NCBI GenBank assembly: GCA_038206385.1
Contig: JBBRAW010000001.1
Span: 3,143-67,142, forward strand
Length of the DNA stretch: 64,000 bases
Reading direction: 5' to 3'
DNA from: Bacteroidia bacterium
GTDB taxonomy: Bacteria > Bacteroidota > Bacteroidia > AKYH767-A > OLB10
Shown piece by piece: positions 30,085 to 40,391 of this stretch. Position 1 is the first letter of the stretch. Every line of letters begins with the position of its first letter. The translations under genes and the position numbers were made by a program. The notes under the pieces were generated by a model. That model saw nothing but the letters and a program-made list of their open reading frames with translations, was not told the DNA's origin and searched no databases.

Positions 30085-31377
30085 TTATTCCAATCCATAT
30101 TTTTTCATGTACTTATGATACAATTGCTGTTGGATATTATGCAAATCAATTTCCTTTCCTAAAATATATGCTAACTCCACTTGATTAGTTCGCATATCCA
30201 ATGCATCACCAGAAGAGACAAATAATGTTGCATCTTTTCCTTTCTCCAATGAACCAGTAGTTGAATCAATTCCTAATATTCTCGCTGGTGATAATGTAAT
30301 CGAGGTAAGTGCATCTTCTTTCGATAACCCATAACCTGCTGCCATCCCTGCTTCGAAAGGAAGATTTCTAATTTTCCAATAACCATCATCCGTAATAGCG
30401 AAATCAATTCCAGCATTTTTCAAAAGTGAAGGAAGTTTATACGATGCATATACATCCTCATCATCACGCATCGGTAACGCTTGTGTACGCATGATTATTA
30501 CGGGAATAGCATTCGCTTTTAAAATATCAGTAACACGCCAGCTATCTTCTCCTCCTACTAACACCATTTGTACTTTATATAATTTGCAAAAGTTTACAGA
30601 AGCAATAATATCTCTCGCAAGATTTGCTCTAACATATAATTTTTTCGTTCCATTAAATAATGCTTTCATCGCTTCGAAATGTTGATTATGAATAGCAGGC
30701 ATTCCTAATTCATTATATGCTTTTGCATCATTAAAAAATTGCGTTAACATCTTCATCGATTTTTCAAACCGAGTTTGTTGTTCTTCTTCTGTTGCTGCCC
30801 AACTAGCTTTTACAATTCGCATCGATGGCCAATTCATCCAAATACCTTCGTCGGTTTTGTATGCAGCATCTTCCCAATTCCAAGCATCAAGTGAAACTAC
30901 TGATGATGTTCCAGATAACATTCCACCAAGTGGCGCAATTTGCGCTGTAAGAATTCCATTCGTTCTAACAGTGGGTGTAATTTTCGAATCGGTATTGTAT
31001 GCGATGATAGCTCGTGTACTCGGATTTAATTGTCCGGTTTCATTAAAATCATTTGTTGAACGAACTAATTCAATTTCATTCAAACCTAGTTGCGTTCCCA
31101 TTGCAATGAATCCAGGATAAATATGTTTTCCAGTAAGATCAATGATGGTATCATAAGCATCGCGAGCAGGTTTAAATCCTCGAGAGTCCATCACAAAAAC
31201 TATTTTTCCATCTTTCAAAGAGATGGCACTTGTCTCTATGACTTTCCCATTTCCAAGATGTGCCATTCCCCCAAAAAGTAATACACGTTTCATTTCCTTT
31301 CCTGCAGGAATAGGATTTTGCGCAAAACATTTTAGAGAACAACAAATTATAAATGCTAAAAGAATATTTTTTTTCAT
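30085..31377 (-). CDS. Amidohydrolase-family metal-dependent hydrolase (secreted)
   Basis: Signal peptide MKKNILLAFIICCSLKCFAQ (start at second Met, 31377). N-terminal beta-sandwich plus TIM-barrel pattern with HLGNGKVIE...D...LTGKHIYPGFIAMGTQLGL. C-terminal ...GSLEKGKDATLFVSSGDALDMRT is typical of the amidohydrolase C-terminus. Confidence 0.65.
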   Translation of the reverse strand: MKKNILLAFIICCSLKCFAQNPIPAGKEMKRVLLFGGMAHLGNGKVIETSAISLKDGKIVFVMDSRGFKPARDAYDTIIDLTGKHIYPGFIAMGTQLGLNEIELVRSTNDFNETGQLNPSTRAIIAYNTDSKITPTVRTNGILTAQIAPLGGMLSGTSSVVSLDAWNWEDAAYKTDEGIWMNWPSMRIVKASWAATEEEQQTRFEKSMKMLTQFFNDAKAYNELGMPAIHNQHFEAMKALFNGTKKLYVRANLARDIIASVNFCKLYKVQMVLVGGEDSWRVTDILKANAIPVIIMRTQALPMRDDEDVYASYKLPSLLKNAGIDFAITDDGYWKIRNLPFEAGMAAGYGLSKEDALTSITLSPARILGIDSTTGSLEKGKDATLFVSSGDALDMRTNQVELAYILGKEIDLHNIQQQLYHKYMKKYGLE

Positions 31378-31384
31378 GGTCTGA

Positions 31385-34300
31385 TTAGTAAGGAGATTCT
31401 TCTCTGTTATTGCAATGTTGTAATTCATGAATTTTCATACTTGGTTTATCAACTGGAGCACCATACTCCTTTGCGCTTATCATTGCTTTAATAATCCGTT
31501 GACGTTCATTTTCATTTTGCAAACGCTTTTGTTGATCATTATTAAAATCATAATAGCAAACGCCATCAACAAATGTTTTCATCGAATGCGCATACACTGA
31601 TAATGGATTATCATTCCATAATACAACATCTGCATCTTTACCAACAGCAATACTTCCAACACGTTTATCAATATGTAAAAGTTTTGCAGGATTTAAAGTA
31701 ACAAACTTCATTGCGTCTTCTTCACTCACGCCACCATACTTCACAGCCTTCGCAGCTTCTTGATTTAATCTTCGTGCCATCTCTGCATCATCCGAATTAA
31801 AAGCTGTAACAATTCCCATTTTATTTAGGATCGCACCGTTGTAAGGAATGGCTTCCATCACCTCGTATTTATATGCCCACCAATCGCTAAATGTTGAGCC
31901 ACCTGCACCATGCGCTTTCATCTTATCAGCAACTTTATAACCTTCTAAAATATGCGTGAACGTATTTACTTTGAAACCAAAAGTATCAGCAACATGCATC
32001 AACATATTTATTTCGCCTTGCTGATAACTATGACATGTAATAAATCTTTTCTTATTCAAGATTTCCGCAAGTGCTTCCATCTGTAAATTTCTACGCGGAG
32101 TTTCTGCTTGCGATTTATCTTTTGTGGCTATTGATTTCTGCATGCTTTGATCGTATTCTCGGGCACGAGTAAATGCATCAATATAAGTTTGCTCTACACC
32201 CATTCGCGTTTGCGGATAACGCACTGAATAATTATCCCCCCAATTTGATTGCTTCACATTTTCTCCTAAAGCAAATTTTATGAATGGATCTGCTCCTTCA
32301 AATTTCATTGCTTCAGCAGATTTTCCCCAACGCAATTTTATTAATGCCGTTTGTCCACCAATAGGATTCGCACTTCCATGCAACAAATGCGAAGTAGTAA
32401 CTCCTCCTGCTAACTGCCGATAAATATTTACATCTTCCGGATCGATCACATCACCAATACGCACTTCAGAAGTAATAGCAGCGGTTCCTTCATTCACGTC
32501 GCCAGCAATTGCAATATGCGAATGCTCATCAACAATTCCTGCAGTCAAATGCATTCCTGTTCCATCAATAATTTCTACGCCAGCAACCTTCGAAGCATCA
32601 ATATTTTTTCCAATCTGTTGAATCTTTCCATTACTAATTAACACATCTGTATTTATTAAGATGCCTTCTTTTTCATTCGTCCAAACAGTACTATTTTTTA
32701 TGAGAACTGATTTTGCTTGTGGTAATTCAATATTTCCAAATGCCATATCAGGATACCAAACTTTTCCAATTACAGGAATGGTATCTTTTTTAACAGAATC
32801 TTTTTTTGTCTCAGTAAAAACTGTTGCATAAATTGCTTTCCATTGAATCCATTTTCCATCGGGTGCTTGACCATCACCAGCAATTGTAAATTTATCATTG
32901 GCATCAAGCACTCCATTCAATCTGTAATTTCCTGCACCTTTTTTTACTTCAAAACGTAAAGTAAATTGTTGTCCATCGCGATCATAATTCACTTTTACTT
33001 TTGTACTGTCGTGCATCAATTGCCATTCAGGTGTTACTGCTTCGCCAGAAATATTTAAATCCCACCCTTTCAATGAATCTAAAGAAAGCTTATATCTTCC
33101 TCGAACATCAGTAGAATCGTATTCCTTATCAGCATAACGCTTACCTAAAATCCATTGTTCAAGAATAATATTTTCTTTATCGAATACATCTTTGCTGCTG
33201 ATGAAAAAACACGCAAGCATTCCTGGTTTTAAACTACCAACACGATCATTAATTTTTAAGATCGATGCAGGAGTTTGTGTTAACGCTGTTAATGCAGCTT
33301 CTTTACTCAATCCATACAAAATTGCTTTCTGAATATTTTTTAGAAAATCTTTTTTGTCTTTTAATCCGTAAGTTGTAAATGCAAATTTTATTCCTGCTTT
33401 CTCTAATACACTTCCGTTTGATGGTGCTTCTTCCCATTGTTTTAATTCAGCCAAACTAATATCGATTGCATCATAAGGATTACTTACGTCAAGAGCTTTT
33501 GGATAATTTACAGGAATAATAAATGTATTACCTGTCTTTTTTATTTCATCAACACGTTTGTATTCATCACCTGATCCTTTGATCACATAATTTACATTAA
33601 ATTCTTTTGCAATTTTATCTGCGCGCAAACCACTCCAAACATCATTCACATCAAAAATTTGTGTGAGTGATTGATCTGAAATCCATGACTCAAGTGAAAT
33701 ATCGAAATTTTTATTTTTTGATTGCTGATACCATTTCGCATCGCAATAAGTTTGACGTAATAATGCAATCGAACCCATTAATGAAGCAGGATAATCTTGC
33801 GTTGATGTTCCTTTGCTAAATGAATAAGTCGCGGCAGCTTTATCCTTTACGATGAGCTCATTTTCTTTTCCTTCGCCTAATGCAACAACTGTAGCTGTGC
33901 CGCGTGCGATTCCATCATCCTGCAAAGAAAGTGTTAGTCCAAAGCCTTGCTTACGAAGTTCTGCTGCCTTTTTTGTATCAGCATTAAAATTACGGCTCGC
34001 ATCAAATTCAGGTTTCAACGCTTGATTCCAACTAAAAGCACCATTCGTTCTAGTATCATATTGCGGCGCTCTATTTCCCGGTCGTTCTTTCCTTACCTCC
34101 GGCATACCATAAGTAGTAAACGCATCAATAAAAGAAGGATAAATCATTTTGCCTTTGAGGTCGTAAACAACGGCTCCTTTGGGGATGATTAAGTTGGTTC
34201 CGATGCTAATAATCTTATCATTTTTAATGACGAGACTTGCATTTTTTAGCAATGTTTTAGGATCTTGCCAGATATCGGCATGGGTGAAAACATAGTAGAT

Positions 34301-34402
34301 ATCGCGTTCATCAGAGAGGCCATAGCGGGGAATTGTGCTCTGCGCCTGCATGTTTTGAGCCGTGATAAATACCGTGAATAACAATGTTAGTATTTTTTTC
34401 AT
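31385..34402 (-). CDS. Two-domain amidohydrolase-family protein (secreted, ~1006 aa)
   Basis: Signal peptide MKKILTLLFTVFITAQNMQAQ. Two amidohydrolase modules: ...IYPSFIDAFTTYGMPE... and ...LTAGIVDEHSHIAIAGDVNEG..., the latter carrying the HxH metal-binding motif. C-terminal GSIAVGKDADVVLWNDNPLS. Lies 7 bp upstream of the 447-aa amidohydrolase gene. Confidence 0.65.
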   Translation of the reverse strand: MKKILTLLFTVFITAQNMQAQSTIPRYGLSDERDIYYVFTHADIWQDPKTLLKNASLVIKNDKIISIGTNLIIPKGAVVYDLKGKMIYPSFIDAFTTYGMPEVRKERPGNRAPQYDTRTNGAFSWNQALKPEFDASRNFNADTKKAAELRKQGFGLTLSLQDDGIARGTATVVALGEGKENELIVKDKAAATYSFSKGTSTQDYPASLMGSIALLRQTYCDAKWYQQSKNKNFDISLESWISDQSLTQIFDVNDVWSGLRADKIAKEFNVNYVIKGSGDEYKRVDEIKKTGNTFIIPVNYPKALDVSNPYDAIDISLAELKQWEEAPSNGSVLEKAGIKFAFTTYGLKDKKDFLKNIQKAILYGLSKEAALTALTQTPASILKINDRVGSLKPGMLACFFISSKDVFDKENIILEQWILGKRYADKEYDSTDVRGRYKLSLDSLKGWDLNISGEAVTPEWQLMHDSTKVKVNYDRDGQQFTLRFEVKKGAGNYRLNGVLDANDKFTIAGDGQAPDGKWIQWKAIYATVFTETKKDSVKKDTIPVIGKVWYPDMAFGNIELPQAKSVLIKNSTVWTNEKEGILINTDVLISNGKIQQIGKNIDASKVAGVEIIDGTGMHLTAGIVDEHSHIAIAGDVNEGTAAITSEVRIGDVIDPEDVNIYRQLAGGVTTSHLLHGSANPIGGQTALIKLRWGKSAEAMKFEGADPFIKFALGENVKQSNWGDNYSVRYPQTRMGVEQTYIDAFTRAREYDQSMQKSIATKDKSQAETPRRNLQMEALAEILNKKRFITCHSYQQGEINMLMHVADTFGFKVNTFTHILEGYKVADKMKAHGAGGSTFSDWWAYKYEVMEAIPYNGAILNKMGIVTAFNSDDAEMARRLNQEAAKAVKYGGVSEEDAMKFVTLNPAKLLHIDKRVGSIAVGKDADVVLWNDNPLSVYAHSMKTFVDGVCYYDFNNDQQKRLQNENERQRIIKAMISAKEYGAPVDKPSMKIHELQHCNNREESPY

Positions 34403-34504
34403 ACGTGGGTCAAGTGATGCGACGAAGGTAATAGTTTTAGGTCGTAGGGCATTGGCTTCCGGCAACACAATTTAACATCCTTTAAAAAGCCAATTTCTCC
34501 TCTA

Positions 34505-36028
34505 TTGATGCTCGATATTCCTTCACCATCCGCAGCGATTCTTCCAAACCTTAAACAGTTGCCGAAGGACAAAATCGTGCTTGAATATCTCTTAAAGCAT
34601 CTCTCAGAAAATAGTAGTCCTGAGAAATTTGATTTGATTTCTTCGATCTTTGATATGTATAGAACCTCGGCTGGTTTCGATCCGATGGCAATTTCTAAAG
34701 GGCGTTTTAAAAGAGTGAAGGCAGCAGATTTTAAGCGCATGATTGCCGAAATTGATCTTGAACTTGGAAGCATTATTAAAACAGATGAGTATGCTCAACT
34801 TCAAGCGAAGCAAGTAAATCATTCCGCACTTTTTGATCGCTATGTTTCTTTATCAGATGAAGTAAATATGCATCCGCCAAGTTCAATGCAACATGATGTT
34901 GAACAATTTGAAAAAACAATTCATCATCAGGAATCGCAAGAATTATTATTAAGTTTCTATCGTCATCATCATAAATTTTTTGAAGAAACGTATGCTACTT
35001 CTCACCTTGAATTGTTACTTGATAAATATGATCACATTCAAGAAAAAACAAAGTTGCATGCACGACAAATACGGTGCGGTTTTATTCTTACATGGCTCGA
35101 GCAAGAATTTTTGAAAGGTAAAGCTGCTCATGATCGTATTCAACTAGTTTGGGATGAGCTAGGAATTTTACTCACTTCTGAAACAAATAAATTTACTCGT
35201 CACGAAATTCTAATTCGTATCATTCGTTGCGGATTACTGACGAATACCCCTTCACGTAATTTAGAACAGTATTTACTTTATTGTGCCGACAATCTCGAGC
35301 AAATAATACATTACAATCCTGATTGTTCCATCTTACTTTATACATCACTTGCGCATCATCATCCAAATGCAAGTATTGATAAAAGAAACGAGTGGCTTCA
35401 ACAAGCAGAAATTCTTTCACGTGAGCAAGGTATTGATGATATACGAGGTTATTTTAGATTAATTCGTGCGTTAAATGCCGCTGATCATTTCCATACTGAT
35501 GAAATTATTCGTCATCTCAATGAAGCAGAGCATCAAGTACATCGAACACAAGGAAGAAGTTTTGTTGCAAAAAATACGTGGATACAGATTTGTGAATTTC
35601 GTATCATGATGTTTACTTTCTTGCACATGAAAAATCCAAATGATTATCCTGCATCAGAATTTGATATTCATATTCGTATCGCTGAAGATCTTGGTAAACA
35701 TCGGTATGATAATTCTGTTTTAGCATTGGAGTTACGTGGATATAAAAACTTCGTTTCTAAAGATTGGCAATCAGCATTGGGCTGTTTTGAACGCGCTTGT
35801 TCTTATCGCGAATTGGAACCCGAAAACGATCACTTCTACCTCGATAAATACTTTGTATTACTCTTAAAAGTGAAAGCTAAAAAGAAAGAAGATAGCATTA
35901 AAGAAGCATTGGCAAAATTGAAAGAGATAGGCTCCCCATTTTTTAAATCACTAGCTATTGATTTATGTAATGATGCAGCGGTATTTTTTAAAGAGCATCA
36001 AGCACATAAATCACAGCTAACAGAATAA
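34505..36028 (+). CDS. Hypothetical cytoplasmic protein (507 aa), helical
   Basis: Long ORF with coding-like composition. No signal peptide and no motif I recognise. His-rich patches (YRHHHKFFEET, LAHHHPNAS). Confidence 0.5.
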   Translation: MMLDIPSPSAAILPNLKQLPKDKIVLEYLLKHLSENSSPEKFDLISSIFDMYRTSAGFDPMAISKGRFKRVKAADFKRMIAEIDLELGSIIKTDEYAQLQAKQVNHSALFDRYVSLSDEVNMHPPSSMQHDVEQFEKTIHHQESQELLLSFYRHHHKFFEETYATSHLELLLDKYDHIQEKTKLHARQIRCGFILTWLEQEFLKGKAAHDRIQLVWDELGILLTSETNKFTRHEILIRIIRCGLLTNTPSRNLEQYLLYCADNLEQIIHYNPDCSILLYTSLAHHHPNASIDKRNEWLQQAEILSREQGIDDIRGYFRLIRALNAADHFHTDEIIRHLNEAEHQVHRTQGRSFVAKNTWIQICEFRIMMFTFLHMKNPNDYPASEFDIHIRIAEDLGKHRYDNSVLALELRGYKNFVSKDWQSALGCFERACSYRELEPENDHFYLDKYFVLLLKVKAKKKEDSIKEALAKLKEIGSPFFKSLAIDLCNDAAVFFKEHQAHKSQLTE

Positions 36029-36143
36029 TATTATTGTCGAGGTTTGTTTTTGAATATTCTAAAACAATCTCATAGAAGAATTGTTTGTTTAATGAATTAA
36101 AACTTACCTTACATAAATTGTATCTTCGTATCAACGCACTAAC

Positions 36144-37133
36144 ATGAAACACTTCTCCATAAAAATTACTACGCTTTCATTTTTACTTGGATTAATCACT
36201 ATTCTTAACGGATGTCATTCATCATCAGAAAATAAAAACGAAAAACATATTCCATTAATTGGCTTCATCGATTTTGTACAAGATGAAACGTTGGTAAAAG
36301 CTAAAAATGGATTCATGGATGCACTTGCTAGTGAAGGTTTTTCAGAAGACAAAAAAACGCTTGAAGTAATTTATAAAAATGCACAAGGTGATCAGCCTAC
36401 GTTATTACAAGCTGTTGATTTGTTGATTTCGAAAAAGCCAGATTTCATTGCAGCAAATACAACTTTAGCTACAGTAAATGCAGTGCAACGCACAAAAGAA
36501 ATTCCGATTTTTATGATGGTAGCACCTCGGCCGGATTTAGCAAAATTAACAGATACGAAAGGAAATGCTCCTGCAAATTTATATGGCGTTTATGAAACAC
36601 TCGATTACATCGACACTTCCGTTACATTAATTAAAACATTATTTCCAAATGCTAAAACTGTTGGAACAATTTATAGCCAAGCGGAATCACAATCGGTAGA
36701 TGCATTGAATAAATTAAAAGAAGGTTGTGCACGATTAGGATTGAAACTAGAAATTCTTCCAGTTGTTAATTCATCAGAAACACAATTGATAACTCAATCA
36801 TTATTAAATAAAAATATTGATGTGTTTTTTGCACTTCCTGATAATGTCATCTTTGCCTCTTTTGAAACTGTTGCAAAAAGTTGCAGCGCTAAAAATATTC
36901 CAATCATCACCAGTGAAGCAGGATTAGTTTCTCGAGGAGCATTGGCAAGTTACGGCGCCGACATGTACCAATGGGGATATCAATCGGGAGTACAAGCAGC
37001 AAAATTTTTAAAGCAAGGAAACGCAAAAGATATTTCTCCAGAAATTGTAAAAGTTAGAAGTCGAGTTTATAATCCTACTATTGCAAAAATATTTAATGTC
37101 CAACCTGACAGTACTTTTGCAAAGATAAATTAA
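36144..37133 (+). CDS. ABC transporter substrate-binding lipoprotein (ABC_sub_bind / COG2984-like)
   Basis: Lipoprotein signal LLGLITILNGCHSSS. Periplasmic-binding-protein fold: IGFIDFVQD...ADFIAANTTLAT...FFALPDNVI... First gene of an SBP-permease-ATPase operon. Confidence 0.65.
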   Translation: MKHFSIKITTLSFLLGLITILNGCHSSSENKNEKHIPLIGFIDFVQDETLVKAKNGFMDALASEGFSEDKKTLEVIYKNAQGDQPTLLQAVDLLISKKPDFIAANTTLATVNAVQRTKEIPIFMMVAPRPDLAKLTDTKGNAPANLYGVYETLDYIDTSVTLIKTLFPNAKTVGTIYSQAESQSVDALNKLKEGCARLGLKLEILPVVNSSETQLITQSLLNKNIDVFFALPDNVIFASFETVAKSCSAKNIPIITSEAGLVSRGALASYGADMYQWGYQSGVQAAKFLKQGNAKDISPEIVKVRSRVYNPTIAKIFNVQPDSTFAKIN

Positions 37134-37140
37134 TCTGTAA

Positions 37141-38007
37141 ATGGATTTTATCATCACCGCAGTCATTCAAGGTATAGGCTTTTCAGCTTTAGGATTAGGA
37201 ATATTTTTAAGTTTACGTATATTTAATATTCCTGATATCACCACCGATGGAAGTTATACATTAGGAGGTGTAATCACTGCGATTTGCTTAACGCATCATG
37301 TACATCCTTTAATAACTTTGTTAGCTGCATTAGCTGGAGGAATGATTGCAGGAACTCTTACTGGATTAATTCATACACGCTTAAAAGTAAATGCACTGCT
37401 TTCAGGAATTTTAGTAATGACTGCACTCTACTCTATCAATTTAGCGATACTCGGACGATCGAATTTACCACTCATTAATGTTAATGATTATTTTGGATTG
37501 CTACCGATTGCAAATTCTTTCTTACAACAATTTATTTCAGTATTACTTTTTGTTACTACGCTTTCAGTATTAATTGCATGGATTTTACGAACTGATTTTG
37601 GTATTGCAATGCGTGCAACAGGAAATAGTGAAGCGATGGTTCGTGCAATGGGAGTAAACACAAATAAGATGAAAATTATTGGTCTTGCTATTGCGAATGG
37701 ATGCACTGCCCTTAGCGGATATTTGCTAACGCAGTACCAAGGTTTTGCAGATATCAATATGGGAATTGGAATTGTTATTTCTGGATTAGGATCGGTGATG
37801 GTTGGAGAAACATTATTCAAACCACTTATAAGAAGAGGAATATTTTTTCATCTCCTTGCAATAATTTTAGGATGCTTAACATTTCGATTGATACTCGCAT
37901 TAGCATTATCGGCAGGAATAGATCCAAATTATTTACGATTGATAACGGCACTGATTGTATTATTGATTGTATCATTAGGAAATCTCAAATCATTGAAACA
38001 AGTATGA
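37141..38007 (+). CDS. ABC transporter permease (BPD_transp_2-type)
   Basis: 288 aa with 8-9 TM helices. Starts 8 bp after the SBP gene. Stop overlaps the ATPase start (ATGA). Confidence 0.7.
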   Translation: MDFIITAVIQGIGFSALGLGIFLSLRIFNIPDITTDGSYTLGGVITAICLTHHVHPLITLLAALAGGMIAGTLTGLIHTRLKVNALLSGILVMTALYSINLAILGRSNLPLINVNDYFGLLPIANSFLQQFISVLLFVTTLSVLIAWILRTDFGIAMRATGNSEAMVRAMGVNTNKMKIIGLAIANGCTALSGYLLTQYQGFADINMGIGIVISGLGSVMVGETLFKPLIRRGIFFHLLAIILGCLTFRLILALALSAGIDPNYLRLITALIVLLIVSLGNLKSLKQV

Positions 38008-38750
38008 TAGAGATTACTAATTTACATCTCACTTTTAATAAAGGAGAAACCAACGAAATAAATGTTCTTCGAGGTATTAATCTTGAAATAAAAGCGCAAG
38101 AATTTGTAGTACTTGTGGGTGCTAATGGTTCTGGGAAATCATCTTTACTCAATGCACTTGCAGGAACAGTGAGTCCCGATAAAGGAAATATTAAACTTGA
38201 AGGAAAAGATATTACTCATTTAAAAGAATACGAAAGAAGCAAATTTCTAAGTCGTATTTTTCAAAATCCTTTACAAGGTACTGCACCCGATTTAAGTATT
38301 CTTGATAATTTTCGATTGGCATCTTTACGCACAAAATCAAAGCAACTCAACATCGGAACTGATCAAAATTTTAAGGATTTAGTTCGTGAGAAAATTCGCA
38401 CATTAAATTTAGGTCTGGAGGATAAGTGGCAACAACCTATGGGAACACTTTCAGGAGGTCAGCGACAAGCATTAACCTTATTGATGGCAACGATGGACGA
38501 TTGTAAAATCATGCTCTTAGATGAACCCACAGCAGCTTTAGATCCAAAGTCGTCAGCAATCGTAATGGAAAAAGCAAATGAAATTATTTCTACGAATCAA
38601 CTCACCGCACTGCTTATCACACATCAACTAAAAGATGCAATAAAATATGGCAATAGAATTTTAATGATGGAAGAAGGTGTGATCAGTAAAGATATTCGCA
38701 ATGAAGGAAAAGTAGCTTTGAAAATGGAAGAATTGTTTGGGTGGTTTTAG
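38004..38750 (+). CDS. ABC transporter ATP-binding protein
   Basis: Walker A GANGSGKSSLLNAL, signature LSGGQRQAL, Walker B IMLLDEPTAALD. Start taken at MIEITNLHLTF (38004) rather than the longer track ORF that overlaps the permease. Confidence 0.8.
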   Translation: MIEITNLHLTFNKGETNEINVLRGINLEIKAQEFVVLVGANGSGKSSLLNALAGTVSPDKGNIKLEGKDITHLKEYERSKFLSRIFQNPLQGTAPDLSILDNFRLASLRTKSKQLNIGTDQNFKDLVREKIRTLNLGLEDKWQQPMGTLSGGQRQALTLLMATMDDCKIMLLDEPTAALDPKSSAIVMEKANEIISTNQLTALLITHQLKDAIKYGNRILMMEEGVISKDIRNEGKVALKMEELFGWF

Positions 38751-38762
38751 ATTTAAGTTGTT

Positions 38763-38817
38763 TTGAACAGGATTTTTAGGATTACTTTGATTTGCAGGAT
38801 TAAAAAAAGTTGAACAG
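38763..38817. repeat. Single copy of a 48-bp repeat unit (TTGAACAGGATTTTTAGGATTACTTTGATTTGCAGGATTAAAAAAAGTTGAACAG)
   Basis: Near-identical to two tandem copies at 40993..41094. Together they bracket the T9SS-cargo / RES-Xre segment. Confidence 0.7.
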
Positions 38818-38906
38818 TTCCCAACTTATCACAATGTCGCACGCCATAATTTTAAAGTATACAAGATTTCGTGCGACGCATTTTGCAAAGGTGTGCTGCA
38901 AGCCGC

Positions 38907-39839
38907 TTAATTTAAAATTATTTTTCCTCTTAAATTTTGCAACCCTTGGCTCAAACAATATAAATACAATCCGCTTTGAAAACCATCGAGACTTATACTA
39001 CTTTCACTATTTAAGATTACCGAAGAATAAACAATTCTGCCACTTGAATCGAAAAGTTGAAGCAAAGCTACTTGCTGTTTATCATTTATATTTACCTTAA
39101 TACTGTTACCAACTTGATGAATCGTAAACGGCATGTCGGAATTACTATTATCATTTAAACCAACAACGCCAAAACAATCCCCGCTTGAAGTTGAATAGAT
39201 ATAATTTCCATCATCTTTCACACATGATAAATTGGTAGCAGGTCCTCCAATTTGTAGCACTAGTATATTTGTTAATCCTCCCACATCACCAATAGATTCA
39301 ATATAACTATTTCCATCGTGTAGATAAAATATTTTACCATATCCTGTAATTAAAGGATATTGCCCGATACTATCTACAGTTAAAGTGTTCGGACCTTGAG
39401 TTGTAAATGGAGTACTAAACGTGTCGCCAACATTCAAAGAGAAATCAAAGAGTAAATGCTCAACAGTGTCAATAGCTAAATCAAGAAGATATACCTTTCG
39501 AATTAAAGTATCTTCTCGCATAAATTGAGATGATGATATAGATCCGCCATTCGCGCAATTCCCCGTTGTGTCAACTGCAAATGGTTGGCAAAAAAGTCCA
39601 CACTGGCATAAACTTATGACACCACAAGATGCTATTTTTTGATATGTTATATTTTGAATAATTGTGTCACCAAAAAAATATTGCTGCCTCCCACCTGTTG
39701 TGTAACAAAGTGCTGTTGGATCAAGATCCATTAAAGTCCAAAATTTGTTCGATTTTATTAAAGGATGATACGCTTGTCCTTCAACAGCACTGCTAATAAA
39801 ATAAAAAAATGTTGCTGTAATAAAGATTAGTGATTTCAT
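38907..39839 (-). CDS. Secreted hypothetical protein with T9SS CTD
   Basis: Signal peptide MKSLIFITATFFYFISSAVEGQA (start at second Met). C-terminus ...LFDSSGRIVYSSVILNSESSISLDGFQSGLYLYCLSQGLQNLRGKIILN. Confidence 0.65.
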   Translation of the reverse strand: MKSLIFITATFFYFISSAVEGQAYHPLIKSNKFWTLMDLDPTALCYTTGGRQQYFFGDTIIQNITYQKIASCGVISLCQCGLFCQPFAVDTTGNCANGGSISSSQFMREDTLIRKVYLLDLAIDTVEHLLFDFSLNVGDTFSTPFTTQGPNTLTVDSIGQYPLITGYGKIFYLHDGNSYIESIGDVGGLTNILVLQIGGPATNLSCVKDDGNYIYSTSSGDCFGVVGLNDNSNSDMPFTIHQVGNSIKVNINDKQQVALLQLFDSSGRIVYSSVILNSESSISLDGFQSGLYLYCLSQGLQNLRGKIILN

Positions 39840-39934
39840 ATTTTTTTTTAAAATGGTGTACGGTGTTCCTATGCGTTGCGCCACTACCATAATTTAAAAG
39901 TAAGCAAAAATTTCGTTTACCGACTGCTTTAGTT

Positions 39935-40390
39935 TTATCTTTTTATTAAGCGAACATCAAAATGAAATTTGATGCGATCTAAAACTTTCACCTTGCTAAA
40001 ATCAAGATGATTACAATTTAGAATAATGATATGTGAGTTAGTTATTATGCAACTTGGAACTTTAAGAGCAATTGCTTCGCCTTTTAAAATCCAATTTTCT
40101 CCTAAGTCTGATAGCTTAATTGGCGCAGGATACTCGGTCCAATTAATTGGAAGATCCGGAATTTGAAATTCAGTAATTGAATCATCTGGTATTTCGATAG
40201 TCAATAAATCTAGATCAGGTACGATCATAGGCGTTGCATGAACAAGTGTTTCAAGTAACGCAATTTCTTTCGACATACCCGTATATAATACTGGTGTTCC
40301 AGACTTATTCCATCTTCCAGGAAATTTGGCAGCTCCCGTTCCCTTCATATCTGCCGCAAACTTAGTTTTAGTAATTCTATAAACTATCAT
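39935..40390 (-). CDS. RES-domain toxin (RES-Xre toxin-antitoxin family)
   Basis: MIVYRITKTKFAADMKGTGAAKFPGRWNKSGTPVLYTGMSKEIALLETLVHA matches the RES N-terminal consensus (YR......A..G.GA...GGRWN..G...vYta.s..lAlLE.lvH). Start ATG is 1 nt after the antitoxin TAG. Alternative starts lie up to 24 codons upstream. Confidence 0.8.
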   Translation of the reverse strand: MIVYRITKTKFAADMKGTGAAKFPGRWNKSGTPVLYTGMSKEIALLETLVHATPMIVPDLDLLTIEIPDDSITEFQIPDLPINWTEYPAPIKLSDLGENWILKGEAIALKVPSCIITNSHIIILNCNHLDFSKVKVLDRIKFHFDVRLIKR

Positions 40391-40391
40391 G

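Noticed and set aside
38810-39100. 96-aa plus-strand ORF
   Set aside because: It begins inside the 48-bp repeat copy and runs antisense to the 3' end of the T9SS-CTD gene. The translation is non-protein-like.
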